From NCBI RefSeq assembly GCF_006345805.1, contig NC_043001.1, positions 108,810,001 through 108,874,000 on the forward strand: 64,000 nucleotides of DNA, written 5' to 3'. The translations under genes were made by a program, and so were the position numbers. Below the pieces are notes generated by a model. That model saw only the letters and a list, made by a program, of their open reading frames with translations, was not told the origin of the DNA and ran no database searches. How positions within the stretch are numbered: position 1 is the stretch's first letter; each line of letters opens with the position of its first letter. This document shows positions 1 to 13,085 of the stretch, one piece after another. The DNA is from Octopus sinensis (Eukaryota).

Positions 1-554
1 TCTCAGCTCTTTGCAACATTCAACGACTTGCTGCAGTCGGATATGGTGAGATTTTTTCTCCCTGAGTAACTTCTATGACAGCCATTTTGGATGCCATATT
101 TCATTGTAGTGTTTCAATTACTTTACATAAAGAAGCTTCATTATACATTATCAATCACCTTAAAGGTTAGGAATATAAGATCGGATAAACACATCTGCAG
201 AAAATATCTATTGGTAGATAAATTAAAATCTCACAATATTCATTGCTTGTGTGATTTGTATAATCATATCAGGGTTGGAAAATTTCTTTACGCAAGACGA
301 ATAGTAATATCAAGCAACCATATATTCAACAGCCGACACTGGTGATGGATTAATAAATACACGAGGGGTTTTATAGCTTAATATAAACATTTAGCTTTTT
401 TTTTCTAGTTCAAATTCCATTAAGATCCGTTTTGCTATTCATGGGTTCCGGGTTCCTTAAAATTTGTTTTTTAGTAATATCTTTGGAATCGATTTCGCTA
501 ACTAAATACACACTTCTATAAACAATTTGATTTGAAACATTGATCCAAAGACTA

Positions 555-1085
555 TGATAATGATGATAATAATGACGATAAAAAGAATATGGGCGTAATA
601 AAATGATGATGATGATGATAAAGATGATAAAGATGATTATGAAGATGATGATATACGATGATGAAGATGATGATGGTGGTGATGAGGCTGAAGATGATGA
701 GGTTGATGAAGATGATGATGACGATGATGATGATGATGAGGATGGGTATGGTGATGATGAAGGCGATGATGATGGAGATTATGATGATGATAATAAAGAT
801 GATTATGAAGATGATGATAATATGATGATGATGATGATGATGATGATGATGGTGGTGGTGATGAGGCTGAAGATGATGAGGTTGATGAAGGTGATGATGA
901 CGATGACGATGATGATGAGGATGGGTATGGTGATGATGAAGGCGATGATGATGGAGATGATGATGATGATGATAAAAATGATTATGAAGATGATGATAAT
1001 ATGATGATGATGATGATGGTGGTGATGAGGCTGAAGATGATGAGGTTGATGAAGATGATCATGACGATGATGATGGAGATGATAA
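555..1085. repeat. Compound (GAT)n-based microsatellite with an internal higher-order repeat
   Basis: GAT/GAC/GGT triplet run. The block GATGATGGTGGTGATGAGGCTGAAGATGATGAGGTTGATGAAG recurs near 667, 845 and 1015. The D/M-rich ORF 603..1004 is a by-product. Confidence 0.9.
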
Positions 1086-1315
1086 AAATAACGTAACGGT
1101 TTCTAATTTAAGAAAAAGTCTAATAATTTTTAATGTAGAGAGGTTATTTGATGACGCCGACCCCAGTACGTGGCACGTGCTTTATTTTATTGACTCTGGA
1201 AGGGATAAAATCAACGTTCATCTTTGTGGGATTTGAACTCAGAGAACAAAGAGCCGAAAAAAAATACCCGACATTTTTTCAGGTACTGTAACGGTTCAGG
1301 CAATCTGTTGTCCTA

Positions 1316-1386
<71 letters not shown>

Positions 1387-1414
1387 TGATGATATGATGA
1401 TGATGATAACGATG

Positions 1415-1465
<51 letters not shown>

Positions 1466-1497
1466 TAATAATAATAATGATGATGATGATAATAATG
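1316..1497. repeat. (AAT)n/(GAT)n microsatellite
   Basis: Direct reading of the triplet runs. Confidence 0.95.
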
Positions 1498-1527
1498 CAG
1501 TTCTATATTTAAGAGATAAGGAATGGA

Positions 1528-1715
1528 CACCAGCTCCTCCTGTGGGACGAAGTTAAAATAATAGACAGAGAACACCACTGGAAAATACGAAAGCTAAAAG
1601 AAGCAGCACATATGCTAGGACAAAACAATCTCCTAAGCAGCTCGAGAGCAGATATGAACAGCATATGGGAACCGGTATTAAAGAAGGATAGGAGAATATT
1701 AGATTTATAAGCGCC
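1528..1715 (+). mobile_element. Penelope-like element relic, C-terminal end of GIY-YIG endonuclease
   Basis: Manual translation HQLLLWDEVKIIDREHHWKIRKLKEAAHMLGQNNLLSSSRADMNSIWEPVLKK resembles the W-x-x-V-x-I-x-x-x-E ... R-x-x-K-E-A ... W-x-P-x-L tail of PLE endonucleases. Confidence 0.6.
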
Positions 1716-1719
1716 ATGT

Positions 1720-1935
1720 GTTCTCGAGCAAGGCACTTTATTTCACGTTGCTCCAGTTCACTCAGCTGTAGAAATGAGTTGCGACGTCACTGGTGCCAAG
1801 CTGTATCGACCTTTGTCTTTCCTTTGGATAACACTGGTGGCGTATACATATATACGACAGGCTTCTTTCAGTTTCCGTCTACCAAATCCACTCACAAGGC
1901 TTTGGTCGGCCCGTGGCTATAGTAGAAGACACTTA
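1720..1935 (+). mobile_element. SINE fragments (CORE-like families)
   Basis: TTGCTCCAGTTCACTCAGCTGTAGAAATGAGTTGCGACGTCACTGGTGCCAAGCTG also occurs at 36140 and 36680. The adjoining GGCTTCTTTCAGTTTCCGTCTACC is the reverse complement of the family at 55805. Confidence 0.7.
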
Positions 1936-2110
1936 TATATATATATATGTGTGTATGTATGTATGTATGTATGTATTTATGTATGTATGTAATTCACTAT
2001 CTATCCATCTATCAATCTATCTAACGTAGAAAAAGAAAATTCATTCTATCTATTTGCCTATTTATATACATTATGTAATTTACGAGATACTCACACACAT
2101 GCCTACATAT

Positions 2111-2160
<50 letters not shown>

Positions 2161-2450
2161 TATATATTATATGAATACACACACACATATATATAAATAC
2201 ATATATACACATACATATATATATATATATGTGTATATGTATATATACGTGTATATATGTATGTATATATATATGTATATACGTGTATATATATGTATAT
2301 ACATATTTACATCAGCACATACATAATACATGCATGCATGCATGCATACATACATACATACATACATACATACATAATACATACATACATACATACATAC
2401 ATACATACATACATGCATACATATTAAGTAATGTCTTGTTTGCATACATA
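1935..2450. repeat. (TA)n, (TATG)n and (CATA)n microsatellite cluster
   Basis: Direct reading. Confidence 0.95.
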
Positions 2451-3399
2451 CAACTCAAACACAGTTATCAAAACAGATCAATACATGTTGTCAGTGGAAA
2501 TATGATGTAAAACTGAAATGATTTGTGACTGTTTTCACCCATTTTCTAATTTAATACAAATATGAAATTTCATTTTGCATACAGACAAAAACATTACGTT
2601 GTCTGTCAATCAAACAGATTCCGCAACGACTGGACAGTTACAGACTCTTACGTTGTGTATAGTTCGCTCTCTTGTATTAACAGGATAAATTTGGTTTCTT
2701 AAATTAATATGCAAGAGTCATAAACACTGTGAATATACTCCTGCAAAGAAACCATATGTAGAAACAGAAACCAATCCGTGTATGTATCAATTACTAATAT
2801 ACACACACACACACGCACGCGTACACACATACACAAGCACACACACACGCACGCGTACACACATACACAAGCACACACACACACACCCACACTTTCAAAA
2901 ACACACACACATTATTTAATGCACACTGTATTAAAATATGAGCTGCTAATAGTTTCTTGTCGTTGAGACACGTAGCGAGGCACTCCACTTTCTCAATCAA
3001 CGTTCTTATCGTTATTTTCTTCTCGTGGTTCCTCATATACCAGCGTTCTCTATTTCAAATACAGCAAGCCACGCAACCAGAACATTGCTTGGAGACACAA
3101 GGCACTTTATAAAAATCGCACTAACCACATGTCTTAAAGGCAAGAAATTATTAATAGTTCTTATTTTAATACAGTGGACATTAAATGATATTTATCCTTC
3201 ACTGGTTAGAGTATATTTTTATTGATACCATCTTAACGGAAGACACACACACACATACAAATATGCTACAGGCTTCGTTCACTTTTCCTCTACGAAATCA
3301 TTCAAGGCTTTGGTCGACCCAAGGCTTTAGTAAAAGACACTTGTCTAAGATATCTTACACTGCGAGCAATGTCCTATGCGGCCCAACGTAAAAAAGGTT

Positions 3400-3716
3400 A
3401 CGTTCTGAGTTCAAATTCCGCCGAGGTTGACTTTGCTTTTCATCCTTTCGGGGTCTATTAATTAAGTACCAGTTACGCACTGGAGTCGATGTAATCGACT
3501 TAATCCGTTTGTCTGTCCTTGTTTGTTCCCTCTGTCGGTAGTAAAGAAATATGTATTTCGTGTCTTTACGTTCTGAGTTCAAATTCCGCCGAGGTTGACT
3601 TTGCCTTTCATCCTTTCGGAGTTGATAAATTAATTACCAGTTGTGTATTAGGGTCAATCTAATCGACGGGACGTCCTCCCACAAAATTTCGGGCCTTGTG
3701 CCTAGAGTAGAAAAGG
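3400..3716 (+). mobile_element. tRNA-derived SINE family A, two-unit copy lacking its head
   Basis: Two copies of TTACGTTCTGAGTTCAAATTCCGCCGAGGTTGACTTTGCCTTTCATCCTTTCGG...AGTACCAG, ending GGCCTTGTGCCTAGAGTAGAAAAG. Confidence 0.85.
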
Positions 3717-3815
3717 ATTTAACGAGTTGATAGACTTGAATTAAAAAAAGTTTATGCTAGTGCAAATTTAGAGTATCCGGAATCTAGTTTGGAAAATGTT
3801 ATTACTCACCAAGGA

Positions 3816-3892
<77 letters not shown>

Positions 3893-4249
3893 GTCTATCT
3901 GTCTATCTGTCTATCTATCTATCTATCTATCAATCTATCTATCTATCTGTTTGTGTGTGTGTATACATGTAAGTCAATCTATTACTCAATTAAATATTCA
4001 GCAACTAAATCGTCAACCTCACCAGGCTAAGTGGCTGAAGACGGTTGCTAGGAACCAAGCAGGACACAATCAAGACATGTCAAGTGTGTGGAGGCGTAGG
4101 AATATTCAAGATATTAAGCGCATTATGATAAATAGACTTGTACTTTGTAGCCGTCGTGAAGGTAACTTGTCAAAAAGTCATTCACCCAGAATGCCTGAGA
4201 GATTAAGATAATAAAATTTTATCTGCAACCATTGTCATATGTGTGGAAC

Positions 4250-4800
4250 AAAAACTCTGGGCTTGGTTGAAAAGCGAAATTAATGAAAGAAACAGAGAAC
4301 CTTATTTTTGCAGCTCAAGATCAAACGCTAAAAACAAACGACTTGAGAAAATATGTGCACAGACAGAAGGTGTCAGCAAAATGTGGAGCCTGTGGAATTT
4401 GGAATGAAACAACGGCACATATTGTTGCGCAATGTCTTAAGTTGGCCCAGGGAGGATATAAGAAATTAAGGCATGACTAAGTTGTGAAAGTTTTACACAA
4501 GAAGCTTTGTCAGAAATGGGGATTTGGAGCTGGAAGTACATAAAGTCGAAAGAGTGTTGGAGTCGGAGAAATGCAAGATTTTTTGTGACTTTCCTATTCA
4601 AGGACAAGAAGCTAAAAAATAATAGATCAGACATAACAATAATACGCAAGGAAGAGTAAAGTTGCTTACTAATTGATTCACCGTGTCTGTTTGATTCCAG
4701 GACTGTAAAGAAAGAGGATGAAAAATTAAGAGTACAATCCCTTAAAATTTGAAATTGCAAGAATTTACAGTATGAAAACTGTAAAGAAAGAATGATGAGA
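4250..4800 (+). mobile_element. Degraded R4/Dong-like retrotransposon C-terminus (CCHC knuckle plus RLE), copy 1
   Basis: Translation KETENLIFAAQDQTLKTN...KCGACGIWNETTAHIVAQC...KLRHD...DFPIQ...NRSDITII matches the layout seen at 63630-64000 (AAQDQ, C-x2-C...H...C, RHD, PD-like). Part of it is re-duplicated at 5010-5150. Confidence 0.8.
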
Positions 4801-5628
4801 TCACCATAAGAAAATAGCATTCATCAATTCAGTTATCAGAGCCCACTGCATATCAGCAGTACTTGACCACTTGTTGAGCTCAGAATTTATTGAGGACAGT
4901 GATGTCTTAAATGAAAACAAACAAAAGAATGTACATCCTTAAAATCTACTAAGTGAATAGCAAAATAAATTTACCACCACCATATTCACACCTCCATCCC
5001 CATATAACTACCTGGGCTTGTTTGAAAAAACGAAATTAATGAAAGAAACAGAGATGCAGCTCAAGACCAAGCGCTAAAGACAAATGACTTGAGAAAATAT
5101 GTGCATGGGCAGAAGGTGTCAGCAAAATGTGGAGTGAGTGGAATTTGGAATGATATAACTACCATTCCTTCTCCTATTCCTATCACCTTCCACTCCTTCC
5201 TACCAAATACACACAGAAATACTCGCATAAGTCACTTGGCTTTCATACTGATAAAAAGAGGAAAACATCCCTCCGTAGTTCATCCACTAATGTTATATCG
5301 CCCGAAGAAATGATGATGATCAACCGGTTGCTCACGAATACTACGGACTGCAATGTAATCATCTCAGGAATATGGACTGAGATCTTAAAAGTCATGTGAT
5401 TTGTAGAAATACGCATAGCGATGCATTAAACGTTTATGAATTCTATCCTAGATTTATTGTGATATATATATATATATATATGCTGAGACCCCTTTCGATC
5501 ATGACTAACCTAGAAAGTTACCCGCCGAGGAACAAGTCCGGGCAAGGTTGTTTATGGAAGACCAGTAGTCGCATGTGTCTTATGCAAAATCTGTGATGAG
5601 CCCGAGTGATGCTGTTGACCTGGAGTCG

Positions 5629-5685
<57 letters not shown>

Positions 5686-5738
5686 AGTGTAGGAAGAAAT
5701 GGAGCTGAACGAAGATTTAACAAAATTCCTTTATATTA

Positions 5739-5822
5739 TTTTCTACATATGTTTCGAAGGCTGCAAAGTCCCTAATTCGGATTGAATAAGGAGTCCATTT
5801 TGCAGCTTTCTCTTCAGAAAAA
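5739..5822 (-). ncRNA. Type I hammerhead ribozyme motif with canonical core
   Basis: Minus strand: UUUUU-CUGAAGA-GAAAGCUGCAAA...UUUGCAGCCUUC-GAAA-CAUAU-GUA-GAAAA. Stem II pairs 11 of 12, stem III is the palindrome ACAUAUGU, and the cleavage triplet is GUA. Confidence 0.75.
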
Positions 5823-6207
5823 TCCAGGAACTTAATTCTCCAACAAAATATGCTACCCAGGTATCGGTTATCATTTGAACCCGTAATTTATCTACTTCAA
5901 TAATATATATATATATATATATAATATTAGGGAGTATGACTCCAAACTTACAGGGAAAAATTCAATTGGGTATTAAATCAAATTTCACAATATAAATATA
6001 TAATATATATAAATTAGAGAAAAACATTATTATGCAATTCAAACAATGATAGACATAAACCAAATCATAAATAAAAAATAAAATTTTGTGCCTAGAGTAG
6101 AAAAGGATTTAACGAGTTGATAGACTTGAATTAAAAAAGTTTATGCTAGTGCAAATTTAGAGTATCCGGAATCTAGTTTGGAAAATGTTATTACTCACCA
6201 AGGATAC

Positions 6208-6669
<462 letters not shown>

Positions 6670-6974
6670 GTTTGTGTGTGTGTATACATGTAAGTCAATC
6701 TATTACTCAATTAAATATTCAGCAATTAAATCGTCAACCTCACCAGGCTAAGTGGCTGAAGACGGTTGCTAGGAACCAAGCAGGGCACAATCAAGACATG
6801 TCAAGTGTGTGGTGGCGTAGGAATATTCATGATATTAAGCGCATTATGATAAATAGACTTGTACTTTGTAGCCGTCGTGAAGGTAACTTGTCAAAAAGTC
6901 GTTCACCCAGAATGCCTGAGAGATGAAGATAATAAAATTTTATCTGCAACCATTGTCATATGTGTGGAACAAAA

Positions 6975-7520
6975 ACTCTGGGCTTGGTTAAAAAGCGAAA
7001 TTAATGAAAGAAACAGAGAACCTTATTGTTGCAGCTCAAGACCAAGCGCTGAAAACAAACGACTTGAGAAAATATGTGCACGGACAGAAGGTGTCAGCAA
7101 AATGTGGAGCGTGTGGAATTTGGAATGAAATAACGGCACATATTGTTGCACAATATTGTTGCCCAGGGAGAATATAAAAAAAAATTGAGGCATGATTAAG
7201 TTGTGAAAGTTTTACACAAGAAGCTTTGTCAGAAATGGGGATTTGGAGCTGGAAGTACATAAAATCGAAAGAGTGTTGGAGTCGGACAAATGCTAGATTT
7301 TGTGTGACTTTCCTATTCAAGGACAAGAAGCTAAAAAATAATAGATCAGACATAACAATAATACGCAAGGAAGAGTAAAGTTGCTTACTAATTGATTCAC
7401 CGTGTCTGTTTGATTCCAGGACTGTAAAGAAAGAGGATGAAAAATTAAGAGTACAATCCCTTAAAATTTGAAATTGCAAGAATTTACAGTATGAAAACTG
7501 TAAAGAAAGAATGATGAGAT
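6975..7520 (+). mobile_element. Degraded R4/Dong-like C-terminus, copy 2 (inside the segmental duplication)
   Basis: Paralogue of 4250-4800. Confidence 0.8.
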
Positions 7521-8207
7521 CACCATAAGAAAATAGCATTCATCAATCCAGTTATCAGAGCCCACTGCATATCAGCAGTACTTGACCACTTGTTGAGCTC
7601 AGAATTTATTGAGGACAGTGATGTCTTAAATGAAAACAAACAAAAGAATGTACATCCTTAAAATCTACTGAGTGAATAGCAAAATAAATTCACCACCACC
7701 ATATACACACCTCCATCCCCATATAACTACCTGGGCTTGTTTGAAAAAACGAAATTAATGAAAGAAACAGAGATGCAGCTCAAGACCAAGCGCTACAGAC
7801 AAATGACTTGAGAAAATATGTGCATGGGCGGAAGGTGTCAGCAAAATGTGATGTGTGTGTGGAATTTGGAATGATATAACTACCATTCCTTCTTCTATTC
7901 CCATCACCTTCCACTCCTTCCCACCAAATACACACAGAAATACCCGCATAACTCACTTGGCTTTCATACTGATAAAAAGAGGAAAACATCCCTCCGTAGT
8001 TCATCCACTAATGTTATACCACCTAAAGAAATGAATCAATGATGATGATAAACAGGTTGCTCACGAATACTATGGACTGCACTGTAATCATCTCAGGAAT
8101 ATGGACTGATTTGTAGAAATGCGCATAGCAATGCTTTAGATGTTTATAAACTCTATCCTAGGTTTATTGTGATATATATATATATTATATATATATATAT
8201 ATATAAT

Positions 8208-8256
<49 letters not shown>

Positions 8257-8666
8257 GCTGAGACCCTCTTCCATCATGACTAACCATGGGATTTCACCTA
8301 GAAAGTTACCTCCGAGGAACAAGTCCGGGCAAGGTTGTTTATGGAAGACCAGCAGTCGCATGTGTCCTACGCGAAATCTGTGATGTGCCCGAGTGATGCT
8401 GTTGACCTGGAGTCGCCTCTGATATATATATATATATACATAACATTAGGGAGTATGACTCCAAACTTACAGGGAAACATTCAATTGAGTATTAAATCAA
8501 ATTTCCCAATATAAATATATAATATATATAAATTAGAGAAAAAACATTATGCAATTCAAACAATGATAGACATAAACCAAATCATAAATAAAAAATAAAA
8601 TTTATTTTATAACATATAACTAGATCACAAAAAGTACAAAAATGAATAAACAATATATAAGTAAAA

Positions 8667-8729
8667 CGACTACGTACGTTTCATGGCTATAATTTAAATT
8701 CGAATTACAATTTAATTTAAATTTAATCG
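8667..8729 (-). ncRNA. Partial or decayed hammerhead motif (3' half only)
   Basis: Minus strand ...UAUAGCCAU-GAAAC-GUAC-GUA-GUCG with palindromic ACGUACGU. The CUGANGA half is not recognisable. Confidence 0.4.
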
Positions 8730-8953
8730 AAAAAAATTGAACAAACATTTTATAAATGAAAACTACAAATATATTTTAGCTTTAACAAAAAGAGAATAAA
8801 ATTACCAAGAGAAAATAAAATCACTAAACTGTAAGATATCATTCACTAGAAACTTTAAAATTCTAAATTTACTACAAAATCAATTCTATTTGATTATTTA
8901 TTTAACTATTATTGTTATTATTGTTGATCCGAGGAGTGACTGTACTTTTAAAT

Positions 8954-9200
8954 TGAAGATACTATATAGCCGAACATATTGGACTACCTGCTCATTGATT
9001 GTGAGTTCAAATTCATCGCAAATGTTTCAATAAGTCTCTCTCTCAAAAAAAAAAAATGTTCTGCATTTCCGTAAACATACTCAGCAATCGGAAATGGTTC
9101 TACAGCATTTGGAAATGTTGTCTGCAATAAATCAATGTTCTGTACATGGGTAGATATATTTCTCATCCGATTAACCTTCATGAAACAGGACTTCAACTGC
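8954..9200 (-). pseudogene. Exon-like segment, copy 1 of a diverged duplicate
   Basis: 70-codon open frame KSCFMKVNRMRNISTHVQNIDLLQTTFPN...FAMNLNSQSMS ending at CAG|GTAGTC. Homologous to 12366-12640. Confidence 0.35.
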
Positions 9201-9930
9201 TCATACTTTTAGCAGTTTGAATGACCGCGTAGAATAGGCATGGCCAACCCTTTTAGAGGGACAGGTCACCCGTGACGGGTGGCTGCATTACTGAAAATCA
9301 TTCATGGTAATTTTTTCGTTAGGCGATCTATTTAGAAAGTGCTACTGGCTGCAATTTTCCGCATGACTGACATAGAGGCTCCTTAACAAACTCGTTATAA
9401 CAAGTGCATTACTTAAACAGAATGACATCCTTTGAACTGTTGTGAGGTAAAAACTTCTTTATGTAGAATCTTCAAAAGAAAATGAAGTCGCTTAGCTAGA
9501 AAGCTTTCATTATTATTTTGTATCTGTAATTGACTGCGTATTGAGATTAAATATTAAATGATATGGTAAATCTTACGATCTATTCTTTAGTTGAAGACAT
9601 CTCTTAATGAAGATTATGTCCGATCTTTGATATCCGTGTCCAAGTCACACTCACATTGAAGTTGCACTCAGCGCTGCAAGGTTACGAAATGTTTATCGTC
9701 ATCATAATACTTCCTTTAAGTTTTATTTATGGCTTATAGTCAGGGTGGTGGTGGAAGAGCAGTGTCGATGACCTGTGTGCCTATGTCCCAGACTCATGTG
9801 TAAAACAGTACAATGAAATTTTATGTTATCGGGATTCACGGCTTATTTCTCCAGACAGGAGACCTGATCTGAAGGATTGCAACAGAGCGAGCTTCATTAA
9901 GACATCAACATTCAGGTGCTGGTGTTAGAC

Positions 9931-10513
9931 CAGTGTCTCTCAACCATTTTCCCCTAAGGAACTCCTTTGATTCCTATTTTACTCTGTAGTTGTACTAGTA
10001 CTTGTGGTGACATTCACCCTGGGCGGGTTGAGTCGGCTTCTTCTACCACCCTCGAGGCATCTCGAACCATGGCAGCCCACACACGGTGGTCCTGCGCCTG
10101 TTCACTGGAGATAGCGAGCCAGTCACGGCTCCATCGGCGCAGGCCGACCACCTGCGGACCCGTGAGCACGGAGAGGTCCTCCTTGATCGTCGTAACCCAG
10201 GTCTTCAGCTGCCCGCCCGCGCGTTTCCGCCAGTTGGGAAGTGGAGTTGGGAGAAGGACATCACGACTCAGTTCACCTACCGGACGCCTACATGCATGGC
10301 CAAACCACCGCAAGCGCCGTTTCAGAAGGACAGATGGAAGGGGCTGCAGAGCCCTAACCATGTTTAAAAAACCCTATTATATTTTTATGATCAAATATAA
10401 TTAGGAATTGCATAAAAGATTAAACTATTTTGTACATTGTAGAATCATAACTGATTTATTGCACACGAACTTTGATGACAAAATTTTAATTGGACCCCGG
10501 TTGGCAACTACTT
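9931..10513. mobile_element. Probable hAT-type MITE interrupted by an RTE fragment
   Basis: Ends CAGTGTCTCTCAACC and GGTTGGCAACTACT resemble degenerate CAGTGGTTCTCAACC-type inverted termini. Confidence 0.35.
9985..10362 (-). mobile_element. RTE-clade LINE, 3' fragment
   Basis: ORF 10014..10361 contains LLKRRLRWFGHACRRP...RKRAGGQLKTWVTTIKEDL...AQDHRVWAAMV, typical of RTE ORF C-termini. It is followed by a CAAGTA-like tail. Confidence 0.85.
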
Positions 10514-11164
10514 CGTTTAACTGTGTGATAGATTAAATATATCACCCCACCTTCATCACTGACAAGTAGAATGAACCGCAAGGTTTATGTCAGTACTCGA
10601 ACTGCTTAACTTTCAGCTGGTTGCCTTCTGCTCTGTCGACACGACCACCATCATAGCTCATGCTGTACAAGGCATATCATAGAAGAATATTATATTTGGC
10701 AGTGATATTAAATTAGGAATATGGAATGTCTCTCATACAAACTTGTATATTATATAATCTTGTGTATTACATAATCTTTTATATTATATATTACATATCT
10801 AAGTTTGTATAAGGTAACATTGTTGTTATTTAATCAACTTCGTAGATATATCCGTCTTTGGCCTGTAATTGAATTGGACTGTCAAATATACGTGGAATAA
10901 ATCAATTATTTAGCTTTATCACACAGTGAAGTATCTACGCTGAAGAGTGTTGGCAGAGTCTGGGAGACTGTCTTTACGTCGCGGTTTCGATTCCCATTGC
11001 ATCAATTTCTCTTCATTCGCTCCACGAACCATCGTATAACCATCGCCCTTATTGAGGCAGTCAGCAACCCTCTCCATACACGTGGTCTAATACTGATTTA
11101 ACATTTTTTAGAATGCAGTGAGTAACGCATTCCAAAATTTTCAGTTTTCAGTAGGATGATATTC

Positions 11165-11563
11165 TTTTCTATTCTGGGTACAAGGCCCGAAATTTTGGGG
11201 GAGGGGACCTGTCGATTAGATTGACCCCAGTATACGCAACTGGTACTTAGTTTATCGACCCCCCGAAAGGATGAAAGGCAAAGTCGACCTCGGCGGTATT
11301 TGAACTCAGAACGTAGCGGCGGTCGAAATACCTATTTCTTTACTACCCACAATGAGCAAAACACAGAGAGGACAAACAAGGACAACAAACGGATTAAACC
11401 GATTATATCGACCTCAGTGCGTAACTGGTACTCAATTTATCGACCCCGAAAGGATGAAAGGCAAAGTCGACCTCGGCGGAATTTGAACTCAGAACGTAAC
11501 GGCAGACGAAATACGGCTACGCATTTCGCCCGGCGTGCTAACGTTTCTGCCAGCTCGCCGCCT
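11165..11563 (-). mobile_element. SINE family A, two-unit copy
   Basis: Reverse complement of the GGCGGCGAGCTGGCAG head plus two CCTTTCATCCTTTCGGGGTCGATAAA core units. Confidence 0.9.
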
Positions 11564-12396
11564 TTTTTCAGTAGGATGATATTGGAGATATGACACCAAA
11601 ATATTAAATTTATCTAAACGGTTACATTTTAATGCAAAAGAACTTCTATTTTAAACTTTTGCTTGTGATATTCTTGTGCACATATTTACTAACTTTAAGA
11701 ATAGTCATAAATATTTTGATGATCTTTCTATAATCGGAATCTTTGGAATTTACTGAAGCTTTCCTGGTTCATAGATAGTCATAGCAGACGTTCTTAAAGC
11801 TCCATTAAATCACTGCTATTGATTCAACCGTCAAACACCACCATTGGCCTTCCTGTAAACCGACATCAATTCCTCTATGAAACCAAACCAAATTTCTTAG
11901 GTCGAACATATTTCGCTTTTCACATGTTCAACAATAAATAGTCTAAAAACATAAAAAAAACCAGAAAAATACAAACCAAACATTAGTAGCTCCTACAATT
12001 CTCCAATCACGCATTTTAACCTTTCCATTCATAATGCAAGGAATCGTATGTAAATATATTTCGTTAAAAGCAAGCAGGCTAACTTAATGCAATGTTTGAT
12101 ACATCTCTTTGAATACAATAGCGATAATGATATCTAGAAGACATAATGCAAAGCACACTATGTTATTTAAATAATGTTACAACATTTCTCTTGTTGAAAA
12201 ATGTATTAAAAAAGGAATCGGATAACTACGATGCATGACGGCCATTTTCACTACAATTTTTTTGAGTAATTTTCTTTAAAAGTTCAACTTTTTTACCGTT
12301 GATATTCTTTTAGTTTTGGATTGCTATTTAACCTGAATTTTCTTCCTATCGCTGTATGACTATGAAGATACTATATAGTTGAGTATATTGGACTAC

Positions 12397-12708
12397 CTGC
12401 TCATTGACTGTGAGTTCAAATTCATTGCAAACGTTTCAATAAGTCTTTTATAAAAAGAAAACTATTCGGCATTTCCTTCAACATACTCAGCAATCGGGAA
12501 AAAGATCTTGGATCATTTGGGAATGTTGCCTTCAATAAATCAATGTTCTGTACATGGGTAGATGTATTTCTCCACCGATTAACCTTAATAAAACAGGAGT
12601 TAAACACTGCAGGGTTGTTCGTAGCATTAGCCAACCACACGCTGGAATGCGATTGCTCTTATTGCCCCTTGAATGCTGCCTGACGATGTCAATATATAAG
12701 TATGAAGC
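12397..12708 (-). pseudogene. Exon-like segment, copy 2 (disabled)
   Basis: Pyrimidine tract TTTTTTTCTACAG acceptor and CAG|GTAGTC donor. The reconstructed peptide needs two frameshifts and reads through one TAG. Homologous to 8954-9200. Confidence 0.35.
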
Positions 12709-12799
12709 CTGTAGAAAAAAATTCTGTCCTTGAACTCATGTATTTTTTTTAAATGAGAGATTTCTAAGTTAATAGTATCAGCTCCATAATTCTTTTTTG

Positions 12800-12947
12800 G
12801 AACAGTGGATCTCGAAGCACATATAAAGCTATAATTAATACGTCAATATTGGGTTGAAAAACCCCATTTGAATATTAAAATGATTTACAACTTAATATTT
12901 GTAAACTTTAATTTATAGTTTTAAGTGTGCTTCGAGATCACCTGTTC
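12800..12947. mobile_element. Short MITE-like inverted-repeat element
   Basis: GAACAGTGGATCTCGAAGCACA ... TGTGCTTCGAGATCACCTGTTC form ~22 bp inverted termini. Confidence 0.6.
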
Positions 12948-13085
12948 AATAAATAAATAAATAAATAAATAAATAAAAAAGGAAAAAGAAAATGAATCCT
13001 CTTAAATTCTCTCGAAAGTTTGTAAATTATTATGACGCCAGTTCCATAGTGACCATTTTTGAATTCTGATTTGTGATTTTCTGCT

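Noticed and set aside
603-1004. Acidic D-rich protein ORF
   Set aside because: It is a translation of a (GAT)n microsatellite with no unique coding context or splice signals.
9235-9720. hAT transposase relic
   Set aside because: A TIR-like start (TAGGCATGGCCAACC) is present, but the translation is too decayed to support a call.
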